Origin: Trueperaceae bacterium
GTDB taxonomy: Bacteria; Deinococcota; Deinococci; Deinococcales; Trueperaceae
DNA length: 64,000 nt
NCBI GenBank assembly: GCA_034520945.1
Contig: JAXHNB010000005.1
Coordinates: forward strand, 768,001 to 832,000
Direction: 5' to 3'
The notes under the pieces are model-generated. The model searched no databases. It had not been told where the DNA came from and saw only the letters and a program-made list of their open reading frames with translations. Position numbers and translations under genes: made by a program. This document shows positions 16,546 through 28,304 of this stretch, piece after piece (the first letter of the stretch is position 1; every line of letters starts with the position of its first letter).

Positions 16546-17177
16546 GGCGTCCCCGGGACCGTCGCGCCGGCCAGGCGTCCGAACGTCCGGAGCAGGTGCA
16601 GGCCGGCGCGTTGGCTCTTTTCGGGATGGAACTGGGTGGCGTGGAGCGTGCCGAGACTGATGGCGCTCAGGAACGATGTCTCGCCGTAGCGGGTGCGCCC
16701 CCCCACCAGGTCGGGCAGGTCGAAGTCGACGTAGTACGAGTTCGCGAAGTAGGCGTGAACCCCGTCCGGCAAGCCCGCCAGCAGCTCGGGATCGCCGACC
16801 TTCCACACGCGGTTCCAGCCCATCTGCGGCACGCTGGGCCCGCCGGCCGGGAACCGTCGCACCCATCCCGGCAAAAGGCCGAGCCCCGGCACGTCGGGCG
16901 CCTCGTCCGAGCCTTCCATCAGCAATTGCAGGCCCACGCAGATCCCCAAGAACGGCCGCCCGGCCGCCAGGTGGGCACGCACGACCGGCTCGAAGCCGCT
17001 GTCCGCGAAGGAACGCATCACCTGGCCGAAGTGACCCTGCCCCGGGAGAACCAGCACGTCGGCGCCTTCGGCGTCGGCCGGATCCCGCTGGGCCTCGGCC
17101 GGGAGTCCGGCCACCGCGAGGGCCTTCGAGACGCTGTGCAGGTTGCCGGCCCCGTAATCGATCAGGACCGTGCGCAC
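16542..17177 (-). CDS. hisH: imidazole glycerol phosphate synthase glutaminase subunit
   Basis: IDYGAGNLHSV, LPGQG, GICVGLQ, PQMGWN and QFHPEKS motifs. Confidence 0.95.
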   Translation of the reverse strand: MRTVLIDYGAGNLHSVSKALAVAGLPAEAQRDPADAEGADVLVLPGQGHFGQVMRSFADSGFEPVVRAHLAAGRPFLGICVGLQLLMEGSDEAPDVPGLGLLPGWVRRFPAGGPSVPQMGWNRVWKVGDPELLAGLPDGVHAYFANSYYVDFDLPDLVGGRTRYGETSFLSAISLGTLHATQFHPEKSQRAGLHLLRTFGRLAGATVPGTP

Positions 17178-17178
17178 G

Positions 17179-17760
17179 TCAAAGGACCCCCTTGGTGCTG
17201 GGGAGGTCGCCCCCCGTGACGCGCACGGCGTCGCGAAGGGCGCGCGCGAACGCCTTGGTGACCGCTTCGCAGACGTGGTGTGCTTCGCGACCCGCCAGGA
17301 CCCGAACGTGGACGGTCGCGCCGGCATGGTTGACGAGTCCGCGCAGCAGTTCGCGCAGGTGATGGACGCGGAATCCATGGGCGTCCCCCTCGAAGCCACC
17401 TGGGTCGAACGCCAGGAACGCGCGGCCCGAAAGGTCCACCGTGACGTGCGCCAGCGTTTCGTCCATCGGCACGAAGGCGTCCCCGTAGCGTTCGATGCCC
17501 TCGCCGTCGCCGAGGGCTTCGCGCAGGGCGCCGCCCAGCACGATGCCGACGTCCTCGGCGAGGTGGTGCACGTCGACGCTGGCCACGTCGCCGCGCCCCT
17601 CGAGCTCGAGGTCCAAGCGGCCGTGCCGCGCCAGCTGATCCAGCAGATGCGTCAGGAAGCCGTGATCGGTGTCGAGCCGTGCGGTGCCCCCGTCCAGGTC
17701 CAACGTCAGGCGCACGTCGGTCTCGAAGGTGGCCCGGTGGCGCTGGGCGCGCCTAGCCAT
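17179..17760 (-). CDS. hisB: imidazoleglycerol-phosphate dehydratase
   Basis: RATFET, GFLTHLL, DVHHLAED, PMDE and HHVCEAVTKAFARAL...PSTKG motifs. Confidence 0.95.
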   Translation of the reverse strand: MARRAQRHRATFETDVRLTLDLDGGTARLDTDHGFLTHLLDQLARHGRLDLELEGRGDVASVDVHHLAEDVGIVLGGALREALGDGEGIERYGDAFVPMDETLAHVTVDLSGRAFLAFDPGGFEGDAHGFRVHHLRELLRGLVNHAGATVHVRVLAGREAHHVCEAVTKAFARALRDAVRVTGGDLPSTKGVL

Positions 17761-18829
17761 GGACGGTCTCGCCGACCAGCGCGTGCGGGAGCGCTTGCAG
17801 GAACGCGTCGTTCTCGTCGCTGCGGCCCATGGTCACCCGGAGGCAGCCTGCCAGGCCGGGCAGGTGGTCCTGCCGGCGGATCAGGATCCCCTGCTCCAGC
17901 AGGCGGCGGTGCACCGCCGCCGGGTCATCGACGCGGAACGTCACGAAGTTCGTGTCCGAGGGGAACGGGTGCACGTCGCCCAGCTCCGCCAGCGCGCTGC
18001 GGATCCGCTCGCGCTCACGCACCACATGGCGAATGCGCGCGTCGCGGGCCTCGGCGCCGGCCTCCAGCACCGCTTCGGCGACGGCCACCTGCAGGGCGGA
18101 GAGGCGGAAGGGCAGCAACACCTTCTCCAACTGACGTGCCGTGTCGGGGCTGCAGAGCGCGTACCCCAGGCGTGCCCCGGCCAGCCCCTCCGCCTTGCTC
18201 AGCGTGCGGAGCGAGACGCGCTCATGGCGGCCCCGCACCAGGTCCAGCCGGTCGCGCCCGTCGAACGGCGCGTACGCTTCGTCCACGAAGGCCGTCCAAT
18301 CATGCTCGGAGGCGGCGTCCAGCACGGCGCCGACGTCGTCGTCCGCCAAGCGGTTGCCGGTCGGCGCGGCCGGGTCGGCCAGGAACAGGGCGCCGGGCCC
18401 GTCGGCCAGCACTGCGCGAAACGCGGCGACGTCCAAGCCGAAGTCCTGCGTCCGCAGCGGAACCTCGTGCACCGGCACGCCCAGCACGCGCGCCTGATCG
18501 CCGTACACCGCGAAGGTGGGGGAGGCGGTCGCCACGCGGCGGCCCAGCCCGGCGGCGAGGATCGCCCCCTGGATGAGGACGTTGGAGCCGTTCGCCACCA
18601 CGACGCCGTCGGGGTCCCACCCGTCGCGCGCCGCCAATGCGCGGGCGACGGAGTGGCCGTGCAGGGACGGGTAGCGGTTCCAGGACCTCGCCTCGATCTT
18701 GGCGAGCGCGCGCGCCCGCACGTCGCGCGGGAGGTCGTCCGGCGCCTCGTTCTGATCGAGCTTGACGCGGTAGGGATGGGCGGAAAAGCGGTAGCCGGGT
18801 GCGTGACGCACCTCGTCGCGGATGCTCAT
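17753..18829 (-). CDS. hisC: histidinol-phosphate aminotransferase
   Basis: KLDQNE, RYP, NGSN, PTG, DEAY and RTLSKAEGLAGARLGY motifs; first gene of the his cluster. Confidence 0.93.
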   Translation of the reverse strand: MSIRDEVRHAPGYRFSAHPYRVKLDQNEAPDDLPRDVRARALAKIEARSWNRYPSLHGHSVARALAARDGWDPDGVVVANGSNVLIQGAILAAGLGRRVATASPTFAVYGDQARVLGVPVHEVPLRTQDFGLDVAAFRAVLADGPGALFLADPAAPTGNRLADDDVGAVLDAASEHDWTAFVDEAYAPFDGRDRLDLVRGRHERVSLRTLSKAEGLAGARLGYALCSPDTARQLEKVLLPFRLSALQVAVAEAVLEAGAEARDARIRHVVRERERIRSALAELGDVHPFPSDTNFVTFRVDDPAAVHRRLLEQGILIRRQDHLPGLAGCLRVTMGRSDENDAFLQALPHALVGETVHG

Positions 18830-18851
18830 GACGTCATGCTAGCAGGGGCCC

Positions 18852-21011
18852 TCATTCGCCCGCGCCGCCGGCGCGCTGCTGGGCGCGCTCACGGACGTCG
18901 GCGATCGAGGAGGCCAAGGACGGGTCGAGCTCGGTCGCGCGGTCCCACGATGCCAGGGCGTCCTGGTAGCGGGACAGGCCGTAGTAGGTCAGGCCGAGGT
19001 TGAGGTGCGCGCGGGCGTTCTCGGGCGACGCGTCGACCGCGTCGCGCAACGTGGGTAGGGCACGGTCGTAGCGGCCGAGCTGCAGGTGGGCGAAGCCGAC
19101 GTTGTTCAGGACGGTGCCGCTGTCCCCGAACGCCTCCAGCGCCGGGGCGTAGGCGTCCAGCGCCTCCTCGACCGACCCGGCCCGCTGCAGCGCGTTGGCG
19201 AGGTAGAAGGCGACGATCGGCCGGTCCGGGGCCGCGTCGTACGCGCGGCCGAACTCGGTCGCCGCCTCCTGGAAGCGGCCCTGCTCCAGCGCGGCCAAGC
19301 CGCGGTCGAACGGGGCCTGCGCCCCCCTCGGCAGCGGGTCGGCACCCTCGCCCGCGATCCGTTCCCGTTCCTCCAAGCGCCGCTGCGTGCGCTGCGCCAG
19401 CGGTTGTTCGGCGTCGAGCGAAAGCGCGCGGTCCAAGGCCTCCTGCGCCTCCTCCAGGCGGCCGGCCCCCGCCAACGCGGTGCCGTACACCGCCCATGCT
19501 TCGGCGTCCTCCGGGTCGGATTCCATCAACGGCCCCAACTCCTCGGCCGCGGCCGAGGGGCGTCCCGCCTCCAGAAGCGCCTGTCCCAGGTTGAAACGCA
19601 CCGTGGCGCTGCCCTCCGCCGCGGCCTGGAGCACCTCCCGCGCCTCGCCGGGCCGGTCCTGCGCGGCCAACGCCAGCGCCAGCTCGTTGGCCACCCGCGG
19701 ATCGTCCGGCGCCGCCTCGAACGCGGGCCTCAGGACCTCCTCCGCCGCCGCGGGGTCGTCGCGGTCCAGCAGCATGCCGGCCTCCGCCACGACCAGGGCG
19801 GTGTCGTCTGGGAACGCCTCGCGACCTTCGCGGAGGAACGCCAGCGCACCGTCGGACACGGAGCTGGGCAGGCGCGCCGCCAGGCCGTACAGGCCCGGCC
19901 GCCTCGCCAGCGGCTCTTCCGCCGCCTGGCGCAGGTACGCCAGCGCCCCACCTGCGTCGCCGGCGCGCAGGACGTGGGCGACCACCTCGGCGTGCAGCGT
20001 CACCGAGTCGGGCAGCACCTCCGCGGCGGAACGCAACGACCGTACGCCGCGGGCGCCGCCCAGGGCGTCCGCCAGCGCCAGTTGCGCGTCCAGCATGCGC
20101 GGGTAGGCGTCGATGGCCCGCTCCAGCTCGCGGATCCGGTCCTGGCCCGAGCGGAGTTGCGCCATGCCGGTGCGCGCCGTGGCGTGCACGGCGTTGCGGG
20201 AGAGCGCCTCCTGGTACGCCCGTTCCGCCTCAGCGTCCTCGCCGGCCTGGAGGTGGACCGCGCCACGCACCGCCCACGCCTCGACGTCGCGCGGTTCGGC
20301 GTCGGTGGCGGCCACGGCGCTCTCGCGCGCCACGTCGGGCATGTCCTCGCCCGACGTGACGCGCGCCCGCTCGCTGGCCACCCAGCTGGAGTCAGGGTCG
20401 AGCTCCTGCGCCGCGCGCAACTCGGACGGTCCCGGTCCGGGCAGGCGCGACATCGACAGCGCCACCGCTTGGAGGGACGGCACCGAGGGGGCCTGCGCGG
20501 CGGTGGCCAGGGCCGCCTCGCGCGCGTCCGATCCGGGTGCCAGGCCAAGCACCTCGATGGCGAGCTCCACCGCGCGCGGGAACGCCTCCGCCGGCGCCTC
20601 GGGGAGCGTAATGGTCTCCGATGCCTGAACCCCGCCATTGCCGTACCGTTCCAGCGTGAGGTCGATCCCGCTGGGGGCGGAGGCCACCCGGCCGCCCAGC
20701 ACCGAGGCGGCCCGGAACCGCTCGTGGAGCACCGCGGCGGTGTCGAGCCCCGCCTCGGAGGCTCGGTTCGCCAGGATCAACGCGTCGCCGATGGGGGGCG
20801 CGTACACGCCGTCGATCGCGTTGAGGCTCCGGCCCAAGCCGGCCGACAGGCCCAACGACCAGGTCGACAACTCGCTGGGGCCCTGGAGGGGGACGATCAC
20901 GATACGGGTGGGTTCGGCCTGCGCCGCCGCGGCGGAGAACGCCATCAGCACGGTCGCTAGGAATACGGCCAGGATGGGGCGGACGGTGCGGTGCGTACGG
21001 GACGTCATCAT
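18852..21011 (-). CDS. exported tetratricopeptide-repeat protein
   Basis: Signal peptide followed by many TPR-like helical repeats (e.g. AHLNLGLTYYGLSRYQDALASWDRATELDP); start chosen at the ATG after TAGACT. Confidence 0.8.
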   Translation of the reverse strand: MMTSRTHRTVRPILAVFLATVLMAFSAAAAQAEPTRIVIVPLQGPSELSTWSLGLSAGLGRSLNAIDGVYAPPIGDALILANRASEAGLDTAAVLHERFRAASVLGGRVASAPSGIDLTLERYGNGGVQASETITLPEAPAEAFPRAVELAIEVLGLAPGSDAREAALATAAQAPSVPSLQAVALSMSRLPGPGPSELRAAQELDPDSSWVASERARVTSGEDMPDVARESAVAATDAEPRDVEAWAVRGAVHLQAGEDAEAERAYQEALSRNAVHATARTGMAQLRSGQDRIRELERAIDAYPRMLDAQLALADALGGARGVRSLRSAAEVLPDSVTLHAEVVAHVLRAGDAGGALAYLRQAAEEPLARRPGLYGLAARLPSSVSDGALAFLREGREAFPDDTALVVAEAGMLLDRDDPAAAEEVLRPAFEAAPDDPRVANELALALAAQDRPGEAREVLQAAAEGSATVRFNLGQALLEAGRPSAAAEELGPLMESDPEDAEAWAVYGTALAGAGRLEEAQEALDRALSLDAEQPLAQRTQRRLEERERIAGEGADPLPRGAQAPFDRGLAALEQGRFQEAATEFGRAYDAAPDRPIVAFYLANALQRAGSVEEALDAYAPALEAFGDSGTVLNNVGFAHLQLGRYDRALPTLRDAVDASPENARAHLNLGLTYYGLSRYQDALASWDRATELDPSLASSIADVRERAQQRAGGAGE

Positions 21012-21064
21012 CGCGGCGCAGTCTAGCGTGGCGCCGGGTGAAAAGCCTGAAGCCGTCGGGCGGC

Positions 21065-21502
21065 TCACCGTTCGGGGCGCAAGGTGAAGGCGTACGGCAG
21101 CAACGACCGCACCGTGTGTCGCTGCACCGCCTTGCTGGGCGCTACCAACCACACCGTCGCGTCAGGGGCGAATTCGAACAGGATCTGGCGGCACGCCCCG
21201 CACGGCGTCGCCGGCTCGTCCCCGTCGGACACGACCACGATGGCCTCGAACGTCCGCGCCCCTGCGCTGGCCATGGCCTGGATCGCCGACTGTTCGGCGC
21301 AACGACCCAGCCCGTACGACGCGTTCTCGACGTTGGCGCCGGCGTACGTCCTGCCGTCCGGGGTGCGCAGCGCCGCGCCGACCGCGAAGCGCGAGTAGGG
21401 GACGTACGCGTGGGCGTGCGCCTCCCAGGCGGCGTCGACCAGGTCGGTGGGGGGCCGCGGGGAGGCGGCCCCGCCGGGCGAGGCGTCGTGGGGTGGAGTC
21501 AT
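21065..21502 (-). CDS. cdd: cytidine deaminase
   Basis: AYVPYSRFAVGAA, GANVENASY, CAEQSA and PCGACRQ motifs. Confidence 0.95.
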   Translation of the reverse strand: MTPPHDASPGGAASPRPPTDLVDAAWEAHAHAYVPYSRFAVGAALRTPDGRTYAGANVENASYGLGRCAEQSAIQAMASAGARTFEAIVVVSDGDEPATPCGACRQILFEFAPDATVWLVAPSKAVQRHTVRSLLPYAFTLRPER

Positions 21503-21867
21503 GGGGTTCCCTTCGCGAGGCGGTCCAACAGCGGCGGGCCCAGCACCACCAGGCCGACCAGGACGGAGGTACCGGCCGCCACCAGCACCGCCGCCGCGGC
21601 CACGTCCTTGGACGCGCCGGCGGCGGGGTGCGCGCCGGGTGACGCCAGGTCGACGGCCGCCTCGGTGGCCGTGTTGACGAGTTCGGCGACGAGGACCAGC
21701 CCGCAGCTCAGCAGGATCGGTGCCAGGGGCGCGTTCAGCCACGCCGCGGCGGCGACGGCGGCGACCGCGCAGGCCGCCTCGATGCGGACGTTGCGCTGCG
21801 TCCGGAAGGCTCGACCGAGCCCGCGGAGCGCGTAGCGCAGGCCGATGCCGGGCGGTCGGCGGCTCAT
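21499..21867 (-). CDS. dgkA: diacylglycerol/undecaprenol kinase family protein
   Basis: YALRGL...QRNVRI, ELVNTATEAAVDL and SKDVAAAAV motifs; position after ybeY. Confidence 0.88.
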   Translation of the reverse strand: MSRRPPGIGLRYALRGLGRAFRTQRNVRIEAACAVAAVAAAAWLNAPLAPILLSCGLVLVAELVNTATEAAVDLASPGAHPAAGASKDVAAAAVLVAAGTSVLVGLVVLGPPLLDRLAKGTP

Positions 21868-22301
21868 TCGGGCGCCAGCTCCAGGATGCGCCGTTGCGCC
21901 GCATGGAACGGGGCCCATGCGGCCTCGGTGGCGTGGTCCAAGCCGCGGAGGTGCGTCAGCCCATGGGCGGCCAACACCAGCACCTCGGCGGCCAGGTCGT
22001 GGCCGTGATGGGCCGCTTGCCGTGCCGCGACGTCGACGCCGATGAGCACGTCGCCGAGGTGCGCGACCTCGGGCACGCCCCGGCCGACGTCGTCCGGTTC
22101 GAAGCTAGGGTAGGAGAGGACGTCGGTGGGGCCGGACGCACCCCGGTCGCGCTCGTTGTGGCGCGTCATCGCTGCGTCGTCCAGCAGCACCACCGTCACC
22201 TCCTTGCTGCTCAGGCCGCCCTCGTCCAAGAGCGCCTGAAGAGCGTTGCGAAGCCGTTCAGGCGCCGGAAACCGCTCGGTTTCGTCCAGGATCTCCACCA
22301 C
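21864..22301 (-). CDS. ybeY: rRNA maturation endoribonuclease YbeY
   Basis: PTDVLSY, LGDV and HGLTHLRGLDH zinc motif. Confidence 0.93.
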   Translation of the reverse strand: MVEILDETERFPAPERLRNALQALLDEGGLSSKEVTVVLLDDAAMTRHNERDRGASGPTDVLSYPSFEPDDVGRGVPEVAHLGDVLIGVDVAARQAAHHGHDLAAEVLVLAAHGLTHLRGLDHATEAAWAPFHAAQRRILELAPE

Positions 22302-24222
22302 GTTTCAGCCTCGAAATCTCCTCTTCGCTGGGGTACTTCACGCGCCGGTGCATCGACGCGGTCATGACGCGTTCGAACACGTTGGCGATCACGTTCAGGT
22401 CCCGTAGGTTCAGCGGGCTTTCCGTCAGTTGTTCGTCTTGGAGGCGCTGTTCGAACAGGCGGTCGATCATGGCGCGGATCGAGCCCTGCGTCGGGTCGCT
22501 CAGCGAGCGGCTGGTCGATTCGACGGCGTCGGCCAGCATCAGCACCGCCGTCTCCTTGCTGCGCGGTTTCGGCCCCGGATAGCGGAAGTTCAGCTCGTCC
22601 AGCTGTTCGGTGTCCTCCAGGGCGCGCTTGTAGAAGTACGCCAGCACGGTGGTGCCGTGGTGTTCGGCGACGAACGGTTCCAGGGCGGGCGGGAGGTTGT
22701 GGTCGCGGAGCATCTCGATGCCGTCGCGAACGTGACTGGTGATGATCAGGTAGCTCAGGTGCGGGCTCAGTTTGTCGTGCGGGTTGTCGCCGCTGGCCTG
22801 GTTCTCGGCGAAGAACTCCGGCCGCTGCAGCTTGCCGACGTCGTGATACAGCGAGCCCACGCGCGCCAGCAGTGCGTTCCCCCCGATCTGTTGCACCGCC
22901 TGTTCCACCATGTTGGCGATCACCTGCGAGTGTTGGTAGGTTCCGGGCGCTTCCAGCACCAGTCGCTGCTGCAACGTGTTCTGCGGCGAGGACAGCTCCA
23001 CCAGGCGGAAGTCGGTCAGGAACTCGAACACCCCTTCCGCCAGCGGAACCAGGCCCAGCGCGACGATTCCGGCCAGCAGCCCGCCCCCGAGGAAGCCGGC
23101 CATGTTGGTGGCGGCAGGGAGCGGCGCCACGCCGCCGTTCATGAGTTGCAGGAAGATCAGCGTCGCCCCGCTGGCGAACCCGCCGGCCGTGCCGGCGATC
23201 AGCAGGGCGATCCGGTTCTTCACCACCCCCGCCAGCAGCGTCGCGGCGAGGCCGCCCACCAGCACCGCAGCGGCGGACTGAAGCGGCGCCCCCGGCACCA
23301 GCAGGCCCACCGCCATCGCCAACCAGCCGGCCCACAGCAGCGCGGCGACCTCGCCCAGCAAGGTGGCGACCAGGAGGGGGGCCAACAGCACGAACACGAA
23401 CTCGCTGGACGCATCGAGGGCGGCGCGCTGTATCGCCAGGGTCGTGAGGGTGACGCCCACCATGAATGCGAACTGCCGGGCGGTGAGTCGGCGCCGCAGG
23501 GCGCGCGCCGCGTACGGGATCGGGGAGGCCAGCAACGCGCCGACCAGCAGGCACCCCAGCACCACCACCGCGGTCTGGCGCAACTGGCGGCTGCGTGGGT
23601 CGTACAACCCGACCGCTTGCAGGGCGCGCAGTTGTTCCTCGGTGACGGCCTCGCCGGCGGCGACGATGGTCTCGCCCTCCGCCAGCCGTCGCAGCACCGG
23701 CGCGACCGCCCGCGCGGCCGCGTCCCGCGCGGCGGCGGTCAGGCGCTCGTCCGTGAATGCGGTCGGCATCAGCTGCTGCTGAAGGATCAGCCGGACGTTG
23801 CGCCCGCGCGGAGCGGGCGCGCGCGCCACGGCTTCGTCGATCACGTCGGCGAGGTCCTCCTGCGTCACCCCGGCCGCATTCTGGTAGCGCCCCAACAGGT
23901 AGGTGGTGACCGATTCGGGCAGGTTGGCCGAGGTGATGGCGGACAGGACCAGTTCCTGTGCGTTCGAGTCGACGCTGGTGATGGGGGAGACCTGCGCGCG
24001 CGCCGCCTGTCGGCGCCGTTCGGTCGCGACGGGGTCCCCGACCTGGAGGTCGGTCGGGGCGGTGAACGTCTCCGGACTGGGCTCGCCCGCGCTGAGGGGG
24101 ATCGCCTGGCGCTGGCCGTACACGCTGTACATCAGCGCCGATAGCACGACGAGCGCGACCACGAACGGCCACGTCTGGCCGGGCGGGCGACGCTCGCGCT
24201 TGCGCCTCAGCGGCCGTGCCAC
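22258..24222 (-). CDS. pgpH: 7TM-HD (HDIG) membrane phosphohydrolase, PgpH-like c-di-AMP phosphodiesterase
   Basis: Extracellular domain and multiple TM helices, then APGTYQHS, YHDVGK, FFAENQ, EHHGTT, FRYPGPKP and LMLADAVE; phoH-pgpH-ybeY synteny. Confidence 0.85.
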   Translation of the reverse strand: MARPLRRKRERRPPGQTWPFVVALVVLSALMYSVYGQRQAIPLSAGEPSPETFTAPTDLQVGDPVATERRRQAARAQVSPITSVDSNAQELVLSAITSANLPESVTTYLLGRYQNAAGVTQEDLADVIDEAVARAPAPRGRNVRLILQQQLMPTAFTDERLTAAARDAAARAVAPVLRRLAEGETIVAAGEAVTEEQLRALQAVGLYDPRSRQLRQTAVVVLGCLLVGALLASPIPYAARALRRRLTARQFAFMVGVTLTTLAIQRAALDASSEFVFVLLAPLLVATLLGEVAALLWAGWLAMAVGLLVPGAPLQSAAAVLVGGLAATLLAGVVKNRIALLIAGTAGGFASGATLIFLQLMNGGVAPLPAATNMAGFLGGGLLAGIVALGLVPLAEGVFEFLTDFRLVELSSPQNTLQQRLVLEAPGTYQHSQVIANMVEQAVQQIGGNALLARVGSLYHDVGKLQRPEFFAENQASGDNPHDKLSPHLSYLIITSHVRDGIEMLRDHNLPPALEPFVAEHHGTTVLAYFYKRALEDTEQLDELNFRYPGPKPRSKETAVLMLADAVESTSRSLSDPTQGSIRAMIDRLFEQRLQDEQLTESPLNLRDLNVIANVFERVMTASMHRRVKYPSEEEISRLKRGGDPGRNRAVSGA

Positions 24223-24223
24223 C

Positions 24224-25170
<947 letters not shown>

Positions 25171-25186
<16 letters not shown>

Positions 25187-25893
25187 ACCTTCCTCCTTGG
25201 GCGAAACCGTCGCGAACTGGGCTCGCCGAGGACGAGGCTCCACACGAAGCCGCGTACGACGTCGCGCCGGTCGCGCCCCAGGCCCTCGGCCGCGCGCAGT
25301 CTAGCCGACCCCTTGCGGGCGCCACGTCGCTCGACGACCGGAACGGTCGATTCGCCTTTCATGCGGGAGGCGATGGTCTCCCGTCCGGGCTCTTGGGAGC
25401 GTTGCTGGCCCGGGGCCGACCCCGACTGCCCTTCCCGGCCGAGGAATCCCTGCGGCGGGGCGGCGTGGGGCCGTTGGGGCGAGGGGCCGGCCGCACCGGA
25501 GGGACGCTGCTGGCCCTGCCGGCCGGACACCGGCGCCGCTTGGCGACCGCCGGGCGAGGCCTCTGCCGAGGGCGCCCGCCTCGCGGGGGGCGCGTCGCCT
25601 GACTCCTCCGCCATCGCTTCCCGGACGCGCCTTCGCGCTTCCTCCAGAACGTTCGTGGGGCGGTCCCCCTGCGCCGTCGAGGCCGAGCCGCCTGCGGTGC
25701 GCTCGGCCGAACCGTGGGCGGGGTCCGGCCCCGCTTCGGGGCGTGGCGCGGGGCGCTCGCCCGGCCGGGAGGTGGGGCGTCCCGGCCGGGTCGGCTCGGA
25801 GCCCCCGCGCTGCCGTTGACGCCGAGCACGCACGACGATGTTCAGTACGAACGCCGCCAACAGCAGCAGGGGAAGCAGGTCGTTCAGGCTCAC
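25171..25893 (-). CDS. membrane-anchored low-complexity protein (position equivalent to YqfB after floA)
   Basis: N-terminal TM helix, Pro/Arg/Gln-rich linker and C-terminal '[14 protein letters not shown]' motif; coupled to floA. Confidence 0.6.
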
Positions 25894-26891
25894 GTGTTGG
25901 GGGGACCCTCGTCCTCGTCGGCTTCGCTGGCCCGGGCGATGTTGCCGCGCATGGTGGTGTCGGATTCGATGTTCCGGAGCTGGTAGTAGTCCATCACGCC
26001 CATGTTGCCGGCGCGGAACGCCTCGGCCATGGCGAGGGGCACCTCGGCCTCGGCCTCGACCACCTTGGCGCGCATCATTTCGACCTGGGCGCGGTTCTCC
26101 TGTTCGGCGGCGACCGCCATGGCGCGGCGCTCCTCGGCCTTGGCCTGGGCGACGCGCTTGTCGGCGTCGGCCTGGTCGGTCTGCAGCTGCGCCCCGATGT
26201 TGCGGCCCACGTTCACGTCGGCGATGTCGATGGACAGGATCTCGAACGCCGTCCCGGAGTCCAGGCCCTTGGACAGCACCGTCTGACTGATGCTGTCGGG
26301 GTTCTCCAACACCTTCTTGTGCGTGTCGCTGGAGCCGATGGAGGAGACGATCCCCTCGCCGACGCGCGCGATGATGGTCTCCTCGCCGGCGCCCCCGACC
26401 AGGCGCTCCAGGTTGGCGCGAACCGTCACCCGCGCGGTGCTGATCAACTCGATGCCGTCCTTGGCCACCGCGCTCACGTTGGGCGTCTGGATCACGCGCG
26501 GGTTGACGGACACCTTCACGGCGTCCAGCACGTCGCGGCCGGCCAGGTCGATGGCGGCCGCCCGATCGAACGGCAACGCGATCCGCGCCTTGTCCGCCGC
26601 GATCAAGGCGTCGACGACGCGATCGACGTTCCCGCCCGCCAGGAAGTGCGCCTCGAGTTGGTTCTGTTGGCTATCCAGCCCCGCCTTGTGCGCCTTGATC
26701 AACGGGTTGATGATCTTGGCCGGCGGGACGCGCCGCAACCGCATGGCGACGAGGCTGATCAGGCTGACCTGCACCCCGGCGGAGATCGCGGCGATCCACA
26801 AACCGACCGGAATGAAGGTGAACAAGACGATGAAGAACAGGATGACTGCGCCGGCGATGACCAGCACGGTGGCGTCGATGCCGATACCCAT
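25890..26891 (-). CDS. floA: flotillin-like protein FloA (YqfA)
   Basis: [47 protein letters not shown] and [11 protein letters not shown] motifs. Confidence 0.93.
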   Translation of the reverse strand: MGIGIDATVLVIAGAVILFFIVLFTFIPVGLWIAAISAGVQVSLISLVAMRLRRVPPAKIINPLIKAHKAGLDSQQNQLEAHFLAGGNVDRVVDALIAADKARIALPFDRAAAIDLAGRDVLDAVKVSVNPRVIQTPNVSAVAKDGIELISTARVTVRANLERLVGGAGEETIIARVGEGIVSSIGSSDTHKKVLENPDSISQTVLSKGLDSGTAFEILSIDIADVNVGRNIGAQLQTDQADADKRVAQAKAEERRAMAVAAEQENRAQVEMMRAKVVEAEAEVPLAMAEAFRAGNMGVMDYYQLRNIESDTTMRGNIARASEADEDEGPPNT

Positions 26892-26900
26892 GAAGTGCTC

Positions 26901-28304
26901 CTAGGAGGTGCTGCCGGACGCGTCCGCGTCCGGTGAGGGGTCGTCGGGTTCGACCGCGCGCACGGTCACGCGGTTCCCTTCCGTACGTAACACGCGAATC
27001 GCCTGGCCGTGACCGATGTAGTCACCCTCGGTGACGACGTCGACACGCTCACTGCCGATGCGGGCCACGCCGGCGGGGCGCAGATCCGAGAGGGCCACGC
27101 CCGTGCGGCCCTGCAAATCGCTGCGGTCCGCGACCAGCTTGGCGTGCTCTGGGTCCACCGTACCGCCACCCGCCCCGGCCGCCGCGGGCGTCCCACCGAT
27201 CCGCTCGCTCAAGGTCAGCATCCGCCCGATCCGGCTGTTCGGCAGCAACCACAGCATCAACCCCAGCACGATGCCACCGCCCAACGCCGAGGTCGCCAAC
27301 ACGGTGACGGCGTCCCCTTGGAAGATCCGGATCACCGCCACGATGATCATGGCGATCCCCAGCAGGCCCGCCACCCCCGTGCCGGGGATCACGAACGCCT
27401 CCAACGCCAGCAACAGCAGGCCGCCCATGATCAGCAGCAGGTCCATCGTCCCCGCCGGCGTCGCGACGAAGGTACTGGTGGCGAACAACGCCAGGGCCAG
27501 CACGCCGATCGCGCCCGGGATGCCGAAGCCCGGCGTGAACAACTCCAGCAGCAACCCCCCCACCCCCAACACCAGCAGCACGCCCGCCACGATGGGGCCG
27601 GCCAGCCAGGTGCCGATGGTCTCGGTCAGGTTGCGTTCCAGCACCACCGTGCGCGCCCCGCCGTACCCGAAGATGCGCAGTGCGTCGGGCAGGTCCCGCG
27701 CCACCACGTCGGCAATATTGTTGTCGACCGCCTCGTCGGCGGTCAGCGTCACCAGCTCGCCGCGGGCGGACAGGCCGGGCAGCTCGATGCTGGGGTCCAC
27801 CATCGCCTCCGCCACCTGCGGGTCGCGGCCGCGGGCGGAGGCCACGCTGCGGAACTGCCCGCGGACCGCCGAGGCGAACTTCTCGTCCACGGGGCTGGCG
27901 CCGCCGGCGCCCACCATGATCGGCAGCGCCGCCCCGATCGAGGCGCCTGGCAGCATGGCCAACTGCTCCGCCGACATCGCGATCAACGCGCCGGCGCTGA
28001 AGGCGTTCTCGACCACCGCCAGCACGGGGACACGCGCGTCGTTCATCACCGCGTTCACGATGCGCTGCATGCTGTCGACGCGGCCGCCCGGCGTGTCGAT
28101 GCGCAGCAGCAGCGCCAACGGCCGCTCCTCGTTGGCCCGTTCGATGCGGGAGGCGACGAATTGGGCGGTGGCGGGCATGATCTCGGTGTCGATCGGGAGG
28201 ATCCACACCGCGTCCGTATCCTGCGCGTGCGCGGGACCCGGCCAGGCCATCGCCAGCAGCGCCGCCACGGCGACCAGACATCCTCGCAGCGAAGCGTTTC
28301 TCAC
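26901..28304 (-). CDS. nfeD: long-form NfeD membrane serine protease (YqeZ-like)
   Basis: IDTPGG, AFSAGALIA and PGASIGAA motifs, TM block, C-terminal OB-fold (SDLRPAG...VDVVTEG); upstream of floA. Confidence 0.88.
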   Translation of the reverse strand: MRNASLRGCLVAVAALLAMAWPGPAHAQDTDAVWILPIDTEIMPATAQFVASRIERANEERPLALLLRIDTPGGRVDSMQRIVNAVMNDARVPVLAVVENAFSAGALIAMSAEQLAMLPGASIGAALPIMVGAGGASPVDEKFASAVRGQFRSVASARGRDPQVAEAMVDPSIELPGLSARGELVTLTADEAVDNNIADVVARDLPDALRIFGYGGARTVVLERNLTETIGTWLAGPIVAGVLLVLGVGGLLLELFTPGFGIPGAIGVLALALFATSTFVATPAGTMDLLLIMGGLLLLALEAFVIPGTGVAGLLGIAMIIVAVIRIFQGDAVTVLATSALGGGIVLGLMLWLLPNSRIGRMLTLSERIGGTPAAAGAGGGTVDPEHAKLVADRSDLQGRTGVALSDLRPAGVARIGSERVDVVTEGDYIGHGQAIRVLRTEGNRVTVRAVEPDDPSPDADASGSTS